From: Candidatus Leptofilum sp.
Lineage (GTDB): Bacteria; Chloroflexota; Anaerolineae; Promineifilales; Promineifilaceae
Assembly: GCF_965223525.1 (NCBI RefSeq)
Contig: NZ_CBDCWX010000005.1
Coordinates: 323,414 to 387,413 of the forward strand
DNA: 64,000 nt
Reading direction: 5' to 3'
Below, in pieces: positions 54,278 to 63,885 of this stretch. The stretch's first letter is position 1. The number at the start of each line of letters is the position of its first letter. The notes beneath the pieces were generated by a model, which saw nothing but the letters and a program-made list of their open reading frames with translations, was not told the DNA's origin and did no database searches. The translations under genes were made by a program, and so were the position numbers.

Positions 54278-55933
54278 TTAGAATCCCATACCGCCGCCGG
54301 GCATACCGCCGCCAGCAGGTGGCATTGGCATTTCCTCTTCTGGCAGGTCAGTAATGAGTGCTTCGGTGGTTAGCACCATAGAAGCGATGGAGGCCGCATT
54401 TTCCAAAGCACCACGGGTTACCTTGGCCGGGTCAATGATGCCAGCTTTTACCATGTCAATGTATTCGCCGCTCATCACGTTGTAGCCAATGCTGGTGTTG
54501 CCAGCTTTTTCCTGTGCCTGACGCACGTTCTGGATAACCACGTCGCCGTTCTGGCCAGCATTTTCAGCGATTTTACGCATGGGAGCTTCTAAAGCGCGTT
54601 GCAAAATGCCAACACCCGTCATCTGGTCGCCATCGGGCAAGGATACGCTATCCAAAGCGGGCAGTGCGTTCAGCAATGCCACGCCACCACCAGGTACGAT
54701 GCCTTCTTCTACGGCTGCACGGGTGGCGCTCAGGGCATCCTCAACGCGGTGCTTCTTCTCTTTCAGCTCAACCTCGGTAGCCGCGCCTACACGGATGATA
54801 GCCACGCCACCAGCCAGCTTGGCCAGACGTTCCTGCAATTTTTCGCGGTCATAATCAGACGTGCTGCGGTCAATTTCTACTTTGATCTGCTCAACACGAC
54901 CTTTGATCTGGGCTTCTTCACCACTGCCATCTACGATGGTGGTGTCATCTTTGGAGGAAACGATCTTGGCAGCGCGACCCAAGTCACTCAACTGAACGCT
55001 ATCCAGCTTGCGGCCCATCTCTTCGGTGATAACCTGACCACCAGTGAGCACAGCAATGTCCTGCAACATAGCTTTACGACGGTCGCCAAAGCCGGGGGCT
55101 TTAATAGCCAGCGCATTGATCATGCCACGCAATTTGTTCAAGACCAGGGTAGCTAACGCTTCGCCATCTACATCTTCGGCGATGATAACCAGGTTTTTCT
55201 TACCAGTCTGTACCAGTTTTTCCAGGATTGGAATGATGTCTTGGGCAGAGCTAATTTTCTTGTCGTGGATGAGGATGTGAGCATCTTCAATCACGGCTTC
55301 CATGCTGTCAGAATCGGTGACGAAGTAAGGACTAATGTAGCCACGATCAAAGTTCATCCCTTCAACGTAATCAGTTTCAAATTCAAGAGAGCGAGATTCT
55401 TCTACGGTGATAACGCCGTCTTTGCCCACCTTGTCCATCACGTCGGCAATCAGTTCACCAATGCTGGTGTCCTGTGCGGAAATGGAAGCAACGGAGGCGA
55501 TTTCAGCTTTGTCATCAATGGAGATTGCCATGCTGCGAATTTTGTCGGCGAGAGCGGCCGTTCCAGCCTCGATGCCGCGCTTCAGGAGCATGGGGTTGGC
55601 CCCAGCAGCAATGTTTTTCAACCCTTCGTTAACAATGTTTTGGGCTAAAACGGTGGCGGTGGTGGTGCCGTCACCAGCGATGTCGTTGGTTTTGGTGGCT
55701 GCTTCTTTGAGCAGTTGAGCACCCATATTTTCATAGGGGTCTTCCAGCTCAATCTCTTTAGCAACGGTCACACCGTCATGGGTGATGGTGGGGGCGCCAA
55801 ATTTCTTGTCCAAAGCCACGTTACGACCTTTGGGGCCGAGCGTGGTGGAAACGGCCGTTGCCAATGTATCAATACCTTTTTTCAGCTTGCGCCGAGCTTC
55901 TTCAGAAAATGCAAGTTGTTTCGCCATTTTCAA
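54278..55933 (-). CDS. groL: chaperonin GroEL (Cpn60)
   Basis: [15 protein letters not shown]..., [13 protein letters not shown]-terminal GGM repeats ([11 protein letters not shown]). Confidence 0.97.
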   Translation of the reverse strand: MKMAKQLAFSEEARRKLKKGIDTLATAVSTTLGPKGRNVALDKKFGAPTITHDGVTVAKEIELEDPYENMGAQLLKEAATKTNDIAGDGTTTATVLAQNIVNEGLKNIAAGANPMLLKRGIEAGTAALADKIRSMAISIDDKAEIASVASISAQDTSIGELIADVMDKVGKDGVITVEESRSLEFETDYVEGMNFDRGYISPYFVTDSDSMEAVIEDAHILIHDKKISSAQDIIPILEKLVQTGKKNLVIIAEDVDGEALATLVLNKLRGMINALAIKAPGFGDRRKAMLQDIAVLTGGQVITEEMGRKLDSVQLSDLGRAAKIVSSKDDTTIVDGSGEEAQIKGRVEQIKVEIDRSTSDYDREKLQERLAKLAGGVAIIRVGAATEVELKEKKHRVEDALSATRAAVEEGIVPGGGVALLNALPALDSVSLPDGDQMTGVGILQRALEAPMRKIAENAGQNGDVVIQNVRQAQEKAGNTSIGYNVMSGEYIDMVKAGIIDPAKVTRGALENAASIASMVLTTEALITDLPEEEMPMPPAGGGMPGGGMGF

Positions 55934-55944
55934 TAATCTCCTTT

Positions 55945-56235
55945 TTAGCCTTCTACAATGGCCAATACGTCAGTTTCTTTGAGGATGAGCAGCTTCTTGC
56001 CATCTATTTTTACTTCAGTGCCGCCATATTTGGCATATAGCACCTTATCGCCAACCTGCACATCCATAGCAATCCGGTCGCCATCCTCATCGCGGCGGCC
56101 AGGGCCAATGGCGATAACCTCGCCTTCCTGTGGCTTTTCTTTAGCGGTTTCTGGCAACACCAGGCCAGAGGGGGTGGTTTGTTCACGCTCCATTGGTTCA
56201 ACAACCAAGCGATCACCCAGTGGTTTGAGCTTCAT
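55945..56235 (-). CDS. groS: co-chaperonin GroES (Cpn10)
   Basis: [12 protein letters not shown]..., 96 aa, directly upstream of groEL. AAGGAG RBS. Confidence 0.95.
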   Translation of the reverse strand: MKLKPLGDRLVVEPMEREQTTPSGLVLPETAKEKPQEGEVIAIGPGRRDEDGDRIAMDVQVGDKVLYAKYGGTEVKIDGKKLLILKETDVLAIVEG

Positions 56236-56280
56236 AACCTAACTCTCCTTATTTCTAAATTTTGTTTTCAAAGTGGGGGG

Positions 56281-56307
56281 CTGGCACTCTCTCTGCTAGA
56301 GTGCCAG
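56281..56307. promoter_or_regulatory. CIRCE-like HrcA operator (variant arms)
   Basis: CTGGCACTC-N9-GAGTGCCAG, compared with consensus TTAGCACTC-N9-GAGTGCTAA. Lies in the predicted 5' UTR of groES. Confidence 0.7.
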
Positions 56308-56320
56308 CAATTACGATGGC

Positions 56321-56348
56321 ATTTTAGCAGAATTTTTAGCAGTGTCAA
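56321..56348 (-). promoter_or_regulatory. sigma-70-type groES promoter
   Basis: Minus strand: TTGACA (56348-56343), 16 nt, TAAAAT (56326-56321). Confidence 0.55.
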
Positions 56349-56356
56349 GGCAATTC

Positions 56357-56382
56357 TAGCACTCTTTTTCGGTGGGTGCTAA
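56357..56382. promoter_or_regulatory. second CIRCE element upstream of the -35
   Basis: TAGCACTC-N9-GGGTGCTAA. Confidence 0.7.
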
Positions 56383-56402
56383 ATTCTGATGAAATTCATA
56401 CA

Positions 56403-57614
56403 TTACGGCTCAGTTTCCAGGGCGGCGCGGCGGCACTCTACCAGCCCCTGCTGGGCAACATCGGCGTATACGACGCTGACTTCGGCGGCTTGCTGGAAGT
56501 AAGGTTCCGCTAAAGGACAGTTTTGGGTACCCTGGCGCAAATAGGCATCCGCTAGCAAATAAAAGAAGCGAGCATTCAGTTCAGTAGGCTCTCCGTACAG
56601 TTCCACCGCCCGGCTAAACTCTTCAATGGCTTGTTCAAATTTGTTCAGGCGCACGTAAGCTTCACCTAAACGGCCGTGTGCCCGCGCCACATCCGGGTCC
56701 AGGGCAATTGCTTGCAGGCCATTTTCTTCTGCCAGATTGTCTTGCCCCAGTTGGAGGTACATGTGTGCCAGCCCATCGTACCCGGCGGCAAAGTTGGGGT
56801 CTATGGCAACGGCTTCCTGGAAACTCAAAATCGCTTCAGACACATTCCCATCGCCAAAAAAATTGTAGCCCAGCTCATAATAAAGCTCCGGCAATCGCTC
56901 TGCCTGCAACCCTAGCTGGAACTGCTCGCGTGCGGCCGTATAAAATCCCTGATTTGTCAACACAATACCCAGGTAGAGGCGTGCCAGGGGATTATCTGGT
57001 TCAATGGTTGTCGCTTCTTCGGCTCTAAATTGGGCATCCTGGTACAGTTCCGGCTCAAATTGCAAAACCAGCCCAGCGGCCGAGTAAGCATACGCCGTGG
57101 CATTGTCTGGATTAATGCTGATGGCGGTTTCGGCAGCGCGGTAAGCCTGGGCAAATTGCAAATCGGCTGCGGTAGGATCACCTGAATTGCTAAGTCTTTC
57201 TCCATTGGCAATGTAAGCTGAGGCAACGGCCGTCCAGATGCGATCATTTTCTGGAGCGAGAACGGCCGCTTCCTCTGCCCGTGTTAACGCTTCTTCTGCA
57301 TTCCGCAACTTGATGAGCAGGTCAATATAGCGGATATAAATTTCTGGCTTGGTGGCATCAAGCTGAACCGCTTGGGCATAATAGCCTGCAGCTTCTTCCC
57401 ATGCACCTTCCCGCTCGGCGATGTCTGCTAGCAAAGCGTACTCAGTAGCCGAGCGCGTTGGTTCTGGCGTGGGCGTGGGCACAATCACATCCCGCACCTC
57501 TTCCGCATTTTGGATCACAAAAATCCCTAACCCAATGCCTACCAGGATAAAAATCACCAGCAGACAAGAAGGGCCACGACGCGGATATGGGGGGTCTCGA
57601 CGTTCAATAATCAT
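56403..57614 (-). CDS. membrane-anchored TPR-repeat protein
   Basis: N-terminal TM helix (CLLVIFILVGIGLGIFVI), then about 9 TPR-like units. Confidence 0.65.
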   Translation of the reverse strand: MIIERRDPPYPRRGPSCLLVIFILVGIGLGIFVIQNAEEVRDVIVPTPTPEPTRSATEYALLADIAEREGAWEEAAGYYAQAVQLDATKPEIYIRYIDLLIKLRNAEEALTRAEEAAVLAPENDRIWTAVASAYIANGERLSNSGDPTAADLQFAQAYRAAETAISINPDNATAYAYSAAGLVLQFEPELYQDAQFRAEEATTIEPDNPLARLYLGIVLTNQGFYTAAREQFQLGLQAERLPELYYELGYNFFGDGNVSEAILSFQEAVAIDPNFAAGYDGLAHMYLQLGQDNLAEENGLQAIALDPDVARAHGRLGEAYVRLNKFEQAIEEFSRAVELYGEPTELNARFFYLLADAYLRQGTQNCPLAEPYFQQAAEVSVVYADVAQQGLVECRRAALETEP

Positions 57615-57750
57615 GCAAAAAATATAGCCAGTTCTACAGAATGATAAAACAGCCGACTTATCTGTCGGCTGCGTGTTTGCGATCTTAACATGGCTTTGGG
57701 AAGCGTCAAGAGAGGGAAGGCGGTTCTTGCTTATTTTTAATGGTGGTTTC

Positions 57751-57835
57751 CAGTAAACAGTTATCAGTAGGTCAGTGGTCAGTATTCAGGACGGGTCGCT
57801 GATTACTGAATACTGTTTACCGATTACCGTTCACC
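57751..57835. repeat. heptamer-periodic hairpin element (CAGTAAA/CAGTTAT/CAGTATT type)
   Basis: CAGTAAACAG...CAGTATTCAG / CTGAATACTGTTTAC arms. The right end supplies the last codons (VNGNR*) of the GT2 gene ending at 57817. Confidence 0.75.
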
Positions 57836-58788
57836 AACTCACGGTGCCGCAAGCGCCAGAGCAAACCAACCGGATAGCCAATCATTTTGGCCACATCCCC
57901 CACCAAGCGAATGATGGGAATGAGGGCAAAGGCACGCAGGCGAGAGGGTGGCCGCCAGCCCCAGGTGTTGCTCCAGAGGCGCTGGGCCGGTTTTTGGCAG
58001 TAGACGCCGCTGCCCAGCAACAGCAGCACCCAGCCGGGCCACTTCTCGCGCCAGATTAGGCGCAAAATGTAAGGCAATCCAACCAGATAGGTGAAGTAGC
58101 GTACCAGATGTCGTTTGGGCCACAGGTTGGCTTTGCCATCGCCGCGAGCGTAGTGGTAATACTGCTTGAAATAACCGGTGAGATCGCTACGAGGGCGGAA
58201 GTAGGCAACGGCCGTATCCACAAAAGGAAATGCACCATACTGCTCCCGCAGGGCAAAGTCAAACACCAAATCTTCACTGTAATCTAGCCATTCCGGGTAG
58301 CCCCCCACCGCTTCCCAGGCAGACTTGAGAAAAGCGACAGAGCGGCTGGAGGGAAGGAATTTTTCTGGCACGATGTCGCGGCGGGTGGGCAACACGGTTG
58401 AGCCCATCACCACTTCGAAATCGGTATATGGGTCTGGCTCGAACCAGCCGCTGGTAACGGCCGTTTCTCCGGCCACAATTGGCCGTACCAGTTCCTCTAA
58501 CCAGTAAGGGGCCAGCACCACACCGGCATCGGTGGCGGCAATAATGGGGCCAGCAGCAGCGGCGATCGCAATATTACGCCCCTGGCTGATGTTGCTGCCG
58601 GGTGCTACCAAAATATTGAGCGGCAGCCACGTTTTGTATTCCGTTAATATTTCCAGGGTGTCGTCTGTAGAACCACCATCGCAAATGACCAACTCATCTG
58701 GCGGCTGGCTTTGTTGAATGAGCGAATCGAGCAACGGCCGTATCGCTTCCCCTTCATTTTTAACTGTGACAATCACCGAAACTTTCAT
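57817..58788 (-). CDS. GT2-family glycosyltransferase
   Basis: MKVSVIVTVKNEG...ICDGGSTDDT N-terminal GT-A motif and a DxD-like ATDAG. Hydrophobic C-terminal region. Confidence 0.8.
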   Translation of the reverse strand: MKVSVIVTVKNEGEAIRPLLDSLIQQSQPPDELVICDGGSTDDTLEILTEYKTWLPLNILVAPGSNISQGRNIAIAAAAGPIIAATDAGVVLAPYWLEELVRPIVAGETAVTSGWFEPDPYTDFEVVMGSTVLPTRRDIVPEKFLPSSRSVAFLKSAWEAVGGYPEWLDYSEDLVFDFALREQYGAFPFVDTAVAYFRPRSDLTGYFKQYYHYARGDGKANLWPKRHLVRYFTYLVGLPYILRLIWREKWPGWVLLLLGSGVYCQKPAQRLWSNTWGWRPPSRLRAFALIPIIRLVGDVAKMIGYPVGLLWRLRHRELVNGNR

Positions 58789-59000
58789 CAATGGGTTCCT
58801 TAGGGATTTGTTTCCAGGGCACAATTTGTTTGCAACCAAATCCCTTGTGGCGATATGCTATAATCCCGCCCTGACATGAACATGAAGTTGGTTGCTTTAT
58901 GACCTACTTTAACAATAACCCCCAAAAAGCAAGCTGGTTGCACACGATGTAGCAACTGGTACCGGGGTACTACCTACCCAGATCGTTTGGAAGAGTGACA

Positions 59001-59990
59001 ATGACAGATTTAGATTTATCCATTGTGGTTCCTGTTTATAACGAAGAAGAGAATTTACGAGAATTGTTAGCCGAAATTACGGCCGCGCTCAAAGAGGAGC
59101 CAATCCGCTACGAGGTGATTTTTATTGATGATGGCAGCAGCGACAGCAGTTTTACTGTGCTGGAACAGTTGCACCAAGCAGACGATCGCGTCATCGGCAT
59201 TCAATTTCGGCGTAATCATGGGCAAACGGCCGCTTTTGCCGCCGGGTTTGAGCAGGCCAAAGGTCGCTACATCCTCACGATGGATGCCGACCGCCAAAAC
59301 GACCCCGCCGACATCCCCGCCATGATTAAGAAGCTGGAAGAAGGATACGATGTGGTGAACGGCTGGCGCGAAAATCGCCAAGATGCGTTTTTGATGCGGA
59401 AGCTGCCCTCCTTCATTGCCAACCGCCTCATTGCCCGGCTCAGTGATGTGCCGCTGCGCGACCGGGGCTGCTCACTCCGCATCTTCCGCGCCGAGGTCAC
59501 AGAAGAGCTAAAGCTGTACGGCGAACTCCATCGCTTCATCCCGGAAATGGTCAGTTTTGCTGGCTTCAGCATGGCAGAAGTCCCCGTGAATCATCGCCCC
59601 CGCGTGGCAGGCACCTCCAAATACGGCATCTCGCGCACCTTTCGCGTCATTGTAGATTTGATGACCGTTCTCTTTTTACGCAAATATAGCGACCGGCCCA
59701 TGCACTTGTTTGGCATGTTGGGGACATTATTCGGTGGGTTAGGCACCCTGCTTGGTGTCTACCTTGTCTGGCTCAAAATTTGGGCAGGTATTCAGGATAA
59801 CCGATTTTGGGATGGATTTAGAGAGTTTCAAATTGGGGAACGGCCGTTGCTCCTGTTAGCCGTTTTGCTAGTCATTCTGGGAGTGCAGTTCCTAGTAATG
59901 GGCCTCATCGCCGAGCTAATCGTGCGTACTTACTACGAGTCGCAAAACAAAACCGTCTACTACATCCGCAAAGTCGTCGGCGGCAAATAA
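59001..59990 (+). CDS. GT2 polyprenyl-phosphate glycosyltransferase (ArnC/GtrB/DPM1-like)
   Basis: LSIVVPVYNEEENL...IFIDDGSSD...MDADRQNDP and two C-terminal TM helices. Confidence 0.85.
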   Translation: MTDLDLSIVVPVYNEEENLRELLAEITAALKEEPIRYEVIFIDDGSSDSSFTVLEQLHQADDRVIGIQFRRNHGQTAAFAAGFEQAKGRYILTMDADRQNDPADIPAMIKKLEEGYDVVNGWRENRQDAFLMRKLPSFIANRLIARLSDVPLRDRGCSLRIFRAEVTEELKLYGELHRFIPEMVSFAGFSMAEVPVNHRPRVAGTSKYGISRTFRVIVDLMTVLFLRKYSDRPMHLFGMLGTLFGGLGTLLGVYLVWLKIWAGIQDNRFWDGFREFQIGERPLLLLAVLLVILGVQFLVMGLIAELIVRTYYESQNKTVYYIRKVVGGK

Positions 59991-60040
59991 CTATCATTAG
60001 CCACAGAGGAAAAAGAGTTTTCAGAGTAAATAGCCATCAC

Positions 60041-60131
60041 CTCGGCTGCGGTCGGCGTCTCGCCGTACCGCTTACTATTTCATGCTGAATCTATGTAAAT
60101 TGGGGCTAAATGGTGTGGGAAACGGCCGTTT
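60041..60131 (+). repeat. 91-bp direct repeat, left copy
   Basis: 87 of 91 positions are identical to 61594-61684, with no indels. Contains a GC hairpin (GCGGTCGGCG..CGCCGTACCGC) and ends in GGGAAACGGCCGTTT. Confidence 0.9.
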
Positions 60132-60249
60132 TCCATCCAAACTGCCCCGTTCCCCCACATTCCAGCTAGGCAAAGAAAGTGGCAAGGCGGGTTGTCTGCT
60201 ACAGCACACTAAGAAGACTCGCCCCGAGCAAGGGGTGAAGGGCTAGAGT

Positions 60250-61566
60250 TTACTCTGGACTTGAAATTACAACTTCATTCCAAACACCCGATGCTATGTC
60301 ATCGGTGTAGCGATAAAAATACTCTATGTTACGTTCGCTAAGTTTTACACTAGAGGCCACAATGTACCCTAACCCTGCGCCTTCATACAGCCATACAGGA
60401 GCCCTCGTCATAGAGACTGATAAAAGAGAGTCCTCATGCAAAAGAGAGATTGTTTGCGACTTCAAATCGAGTAAATAAATGCCGCTCCTATCTGATATTT
60501 CTGCATTGAATGCGACCATTTCAGAATCAGGTGACCAAGAATAGTATCCCGTGTAAGTATATGGAAAAGAAATTATCTCTGTATCCCACCCACCAGTCTC
60601 GCTCATTTGACTGACGCCAATTTGTCTTGTTAGCTCGAAGCCTGTTGAGTCGTACTCATTTACCTGATAAACAATCTTTTGCCCATCGGGCGAAAACACT
60701 GGATTGTAAGCACACATTGTCGGTGGAGAGACAGGCGTTTCCATGCCTATGTCGAAATCGTAAACCATTACTTGACGATACCATGCTTCATCAGTAACAA
60801 CATAGACGATTTGGTTTCCTGTTGGTGACCAACTTGCAGACCAGTATGAAAGAGATGGATTGGAAAGACGCTCATAAAAATGGTCAACTTCTTTCGTTTC
60901 TGGGTCAAATAAGAAGAGCTTTTGGCCAGTGAAGGTATCGTCCTCAATAGAATATCTAGACCCTTGCATCAATACTAATCTTTGCGTATTTGACCAACTG
61001 AAGTTTGTATTTGTTTGAGGAAAAAACTCTGTGTCACCAATTGTCTGGTTCAATGGAACAAACATGCTGCTCCACCCCGTGCCAGCAGAGTGTAAAGCTA
61101 ATCCAATGTAACGACGATCCCCATCCACATATTTTCTTATAATAAGTTCTGCTCTGTGGATTAGGTTGCTATCTAATTCGATAGCCTCTGTGCGTAGTAG
61201 CTCACCCGTTTCAAGCGATAAAAAGCTCAGTTTCAAAGATCTTGTTTTTGTATGCACATATGTAATTTCATTATTTTTTTCTGCAATGATAAAAGATGAC
61301 CTGCCACCAAGTCTTGTTCGTACGTTTTCAATATCACATGGGGGTGGGGGGATAGTCTCAAATTCCTCCTCAATTTCGCTGTCAGGCGTATCTTCGATAG
61401 GTCTTGTATTTGAATCGCTCGCTGCTGCACTTGCTAATGGCTGATTTGTTGAAGTTGCTTGTACAGAAACGTTTTCAGCAACTCCGTTTTCTACACGACA
61501 AGCGACAAACAATAGCGCATATGCAAATAAAATAATATTAAACTGCGTAGAAGTTAATTTGTTCAT
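60250..61566 (-). CDS. lipoprotein with PD40/TolB-like beta-propeller repeats
   Basis: MNKLTS... signal peptide with lipobox LFVAC. Repeated WSPTGNQIVY / FSPDGQKIVY / WSPDSEMVAF blades. GC is clearly lower than the neighbours. Confidence 0.65.
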   Translation of the reverse strand: MNKLTSTQFNIILFAYALLFVACRVENGVAENVSVQATSTNQPLASAAASDSNTRPIEDTPDSEIEEEFETIPPPPCDIENVRTRLGGRSSFIIAEKNNEITYVHTKTRSLKLSFLSLETGELLRTEAIELDSNLIHRAELIIRKYVDGDRRYIGLALHSAGTGWSSMFVPLNQTIGDTEFFPQTNTNFSWSNTQRLVLMQGSRYSIEDDTFTGQKLFLFDPETKEVDHFYERLSNPSLSYWSASWSPTGNQIVYVVTDEAWYRQVMVYDFDIGMETPVSPPTMCAYNPVFSPDGQKIVYQVNEYDSTGFELTRQIGVSQMSETGGWDTEIISFPYTYTGYYSWSPDSEMVAFNAEISDRSGIYLLDLKSQTISLLHEDSLLSVSMTRAPVWLYEGAGLGYIVASSVKLSERNIEYFYRYTDDIASGVWNEVVISSPE

Positions 61567-61593
61567 ATTACAAATTTCCAATTAGTAGATTGG

Positions 61594-61684
61594 CTCGGCT
61601 GCGGTCGGCGTCCCGCCGCACCGCTTACTATTTCATGCTGAATCTATGTAAATTGGGGCTAAATGTTGGGGGAAACGGCCGTTT
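61594..61684 (+). repeat. 91-bp direct repeat, right copy
   Basis: See 60041-60131. Confidence 0.9.
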
Positions 61685-61728
61685 CTCCCAAACAATCGAC
61701 GCTCCTCAGCACAAGCCTGTGGCAAAAA

Positions 61729-62691
61729 TTAGGGCAGTGCAGCAACAAAATCGAGGATGAGTTGCTGTACACGTTCGGTGTCATTGGGTGCCAAAATGTC
61801 CCCGGCCAGCACGTGGCTACCCTCATCTTGTGCATCGGTAATTGGAGCAATTTCTTTTGACGCTACGCCAATTTGGGCAAAGATCTCCTCTGTTTTAGCG
61901 GGACTAACCACCGTGTCGTTGGGCGAATAAATCACCAGCACCGGGCTTTGAATACCCGCTAAATCAGCACGGCGCGTGAGCTTGACCAACCCCATCATTG
62001 GCAAAATGGCGCGGGTGGGATAGCTTTCGGTCCAATATTGAGCGTGCCCTTCATTGGCAGGCTCCCAACTGCGCTCCGAGCCAATAACGAGGTTGACAAT
62101 TTGCTCCGCCCAAGGCCAGGTTAGAATCTCTGAAGTCGGGTCGGTGGGGCCAAAGTTTGGCGAGATGAGGACGGTGGCCAGCAAATTGTCGGTGTTCGGT
62201 TGCGCGGCTAGCCAGGTCGCGGCCGTTCCACCCGTCGAGACGCCAATCACAATCACTTTTTCACCCAGCCGCTGCCCAATTTGGTATGCTTCCCAGGTGT
62301 CGTTGAGCCAATCATTCACAGTTGCTTCGGCCATCGCTTCGCCAGAACGGCCGTGTCCGGTAAACCGCGTATAAAACAAATTCGCCCCCAACTCTGCCAC
62401 CACATTGTCCGACAACGGTGCAGTCTCCTGCCGGGTCGCGGAAAAACCATGCAGGTACACAGCTGAAATTTCTGTTTTCTGCCCCGGCTCACCCGCCCAA
62501 ATGATCGTTTTTTCGGCATTAGGCACAATGTCGCTAAACTGCGCTTCGGACTCGGCCAGATAGCTATCCAAATCGTCTGGCAAATTAACCGGCGCGAGTT
62601 CAGTATCCACAACCACACGCGGCCCAGCCAGAAAAACAATGACCAATAACAAAATGATGACTAGGGGAATCCACACAATTTTTCTCTTCAT
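61729..62691 (-). CDS. membrane-anchored alpha/beta hydrolase (lysophospholipase/esterase-like)
   Basis: MKRKIVWIPLVIILLL anchor. HGFS oxyanion motif. Nucleophile elbow GVSTGG. Confidence 0.75.
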   Translation of the reverse strand: MKRKIVWIPLVIILLLVIVFLAGPRVVVDTELAPVNLPDDLDSYLAESEAQFSDIVPNAEKTIIWAGEPGQKTEISAVYLHGFSATRQETAPLSDNVVAELGANLFYTRFTGHGRSGEAMAEATVNDWLNDTWEAYQIGQRLGEKVIVIGVSTGGTAATWLAAQPNTDNLLATVLISPNFGPTDPTSEILTWPWAEQIVNLVIGSERSWEPANEGHAQYWTESYPTRAILPMMGLVKLTRRADLAGIQSPVLVIYSPNDTVVSPAKTEEIFAQIGVASKEIAPITDAQDEGSHVLAGDILAPNDTERVQQLILDFVAALP

Positions 62692-62938
62692 TTTTCCTTC
62701 GCTTGTTTTAAGCAAATCACAAGAAGATTTTTAAAATAAGCGAACCTTCTTTGTTGTGATTTGCTCAAGTAAAAGCAGGAGAAGTGGCTCTTCTTATTTT
62801 CAAAAACTTTCCCGCTTTTACATATGGGTTTGGCAAATTTTAGCATAGAAATTGTTGGAGAACGGCCGTACCCACCCAAATTCGCCCAATCCCCACTTTC
62901 ATGCTATGAATTGAGCCACTAAAACAAAGGAGCAGAAA

Positions 62939-63685
62939 ATGATTCCAATTGGTGATGACAATTACGGCCGTACCACCACCCCCTACGTCAACTACATTTT
63001 GATCGCCCTCAACCTTCTCGTTTTCATCGTTTTTCAGGGCGCAGGCAACAATTTGGAGTTCACTTACGCCTTCTCCACCGTGCCGCAAGAAATTATTTCT
63101 GGCGAAGATTTGGTTACAGAAAACCAAGTTTACATTGAATCGACCACCGGGCAGCAGTTCATCATCCCCGGCTTGCAGCCGACGCCGATTTCCGTCTATA
63201 TGACCTTGCTTACCGCCATGTTTATGCACGGCGGCTGGGCACACATCGGTGGCAACATGCTCTACCTGTGGATATTTGGGGATAATTTGGAGGATCGGTT
63301 GGGACACGGCCGTTTCCTAGCCTTCTACTTACTCACTGGTCTGTTGGCTTCCCTCTCGCACGTCGCCGCCTCTGTGCTGCTCGGCGACAATTTGCTCATC
63401 CCCAGCCTGGGGGCTTCCGGGGCAATCGCGGGCGTGTTGGGTGGCTACCTGCTGCTCTTCCCGCGCAACCGCGTGCGGGTCATCATGGTGCGAGTGGTAA
63501 CGCAGGTGCGCGCCATTTTTGCGGTGGGGCTTTGGTTTGTCTTGCAGCTGGTCGGCGGATTGGGCAGCGTCACTGGCGGCAGCGACGGCGTCGCCTACGC
63601 CGCCCACATCGGCGGCTTCATCGCTGGCCTGGCCCTCATCAAACTATTTGATGCAGGTCGATCTGCTCAATATGATTTTACATAA
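62939..63685 (+). CDS. rhomboid-family intramembrane serine protease
   Basis: HIGGNMLYLWIFG, GASGAIAG (catalytic Ser) and AHIGGFIAG (catalytic His) motifs. Confidence 0.85.
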   Translation: MIPIGDDNYGRTTTPYVNYILIALNLLVFIVFQGAGNNLEFTYAFSTVPQEIISGEDLVTENQVYIESTTGQQFIIPGLQPTPISVYMTLLTAMFMHGGWAHIGGNMLYLWIFGDNLEDRLGHGRFLAFYLLTGLLASLSHVAASVLLGDNLLIPSLGASGAIAGVLGGYLLLFPRNRVRVIMVRVVTQVRAIFAVGLWFVLQLVGGLGSVTGGSDGVAYAAHIGGFIAGLALIKLFDAGRSAQYDFT

Positions 63686-63795
63686 AATCGCATCTTTACC
63701 CGTGCCAGCGGGAATGTTACAATGTAGTTCATTACATAACATTTGCCAACGTCGTACTCAATAGTTATCAACCACTGATGGCATCACCTCAGGAA

Positions 63796-63843
63796 GTAAT
63801 TATGTAATTGGGTAATTACCTAGTTACTCAATTACCCAATTGC
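63796..63843. repeat. heptamer-periodic hairpin element (GTAATTG/GGTAATT type)
   Basis: GTAATTGGGTAATT / AATTACCCAATTGC arms (13 of 14), followed by an A7 run. Confidence 0.65.
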
Positions 63844-63885
63844 AAAAAAACAAACAGGTGATTGCCACGAAAATTGCAGAAGTAT

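Noticed and set aside
60041-61684. Integron cassette or IS/transposon interpretation of the repeat-flanked lipoprotein gene
   Set aside because: There is no intI, attC-like imperfect palindrome pair, transposase or terminal inverted repeats. The flanks are long direct repeats. It is kept as an unexplained insertion rather than a named mobile element.
22689-63843. Dispersed hairpin repeats as a CRISPR array
   Set aside because: There is no regular repeat-spacer periodicity. Copies are isolated, internally palindromic and heptamer-structured. No cas genes are present.
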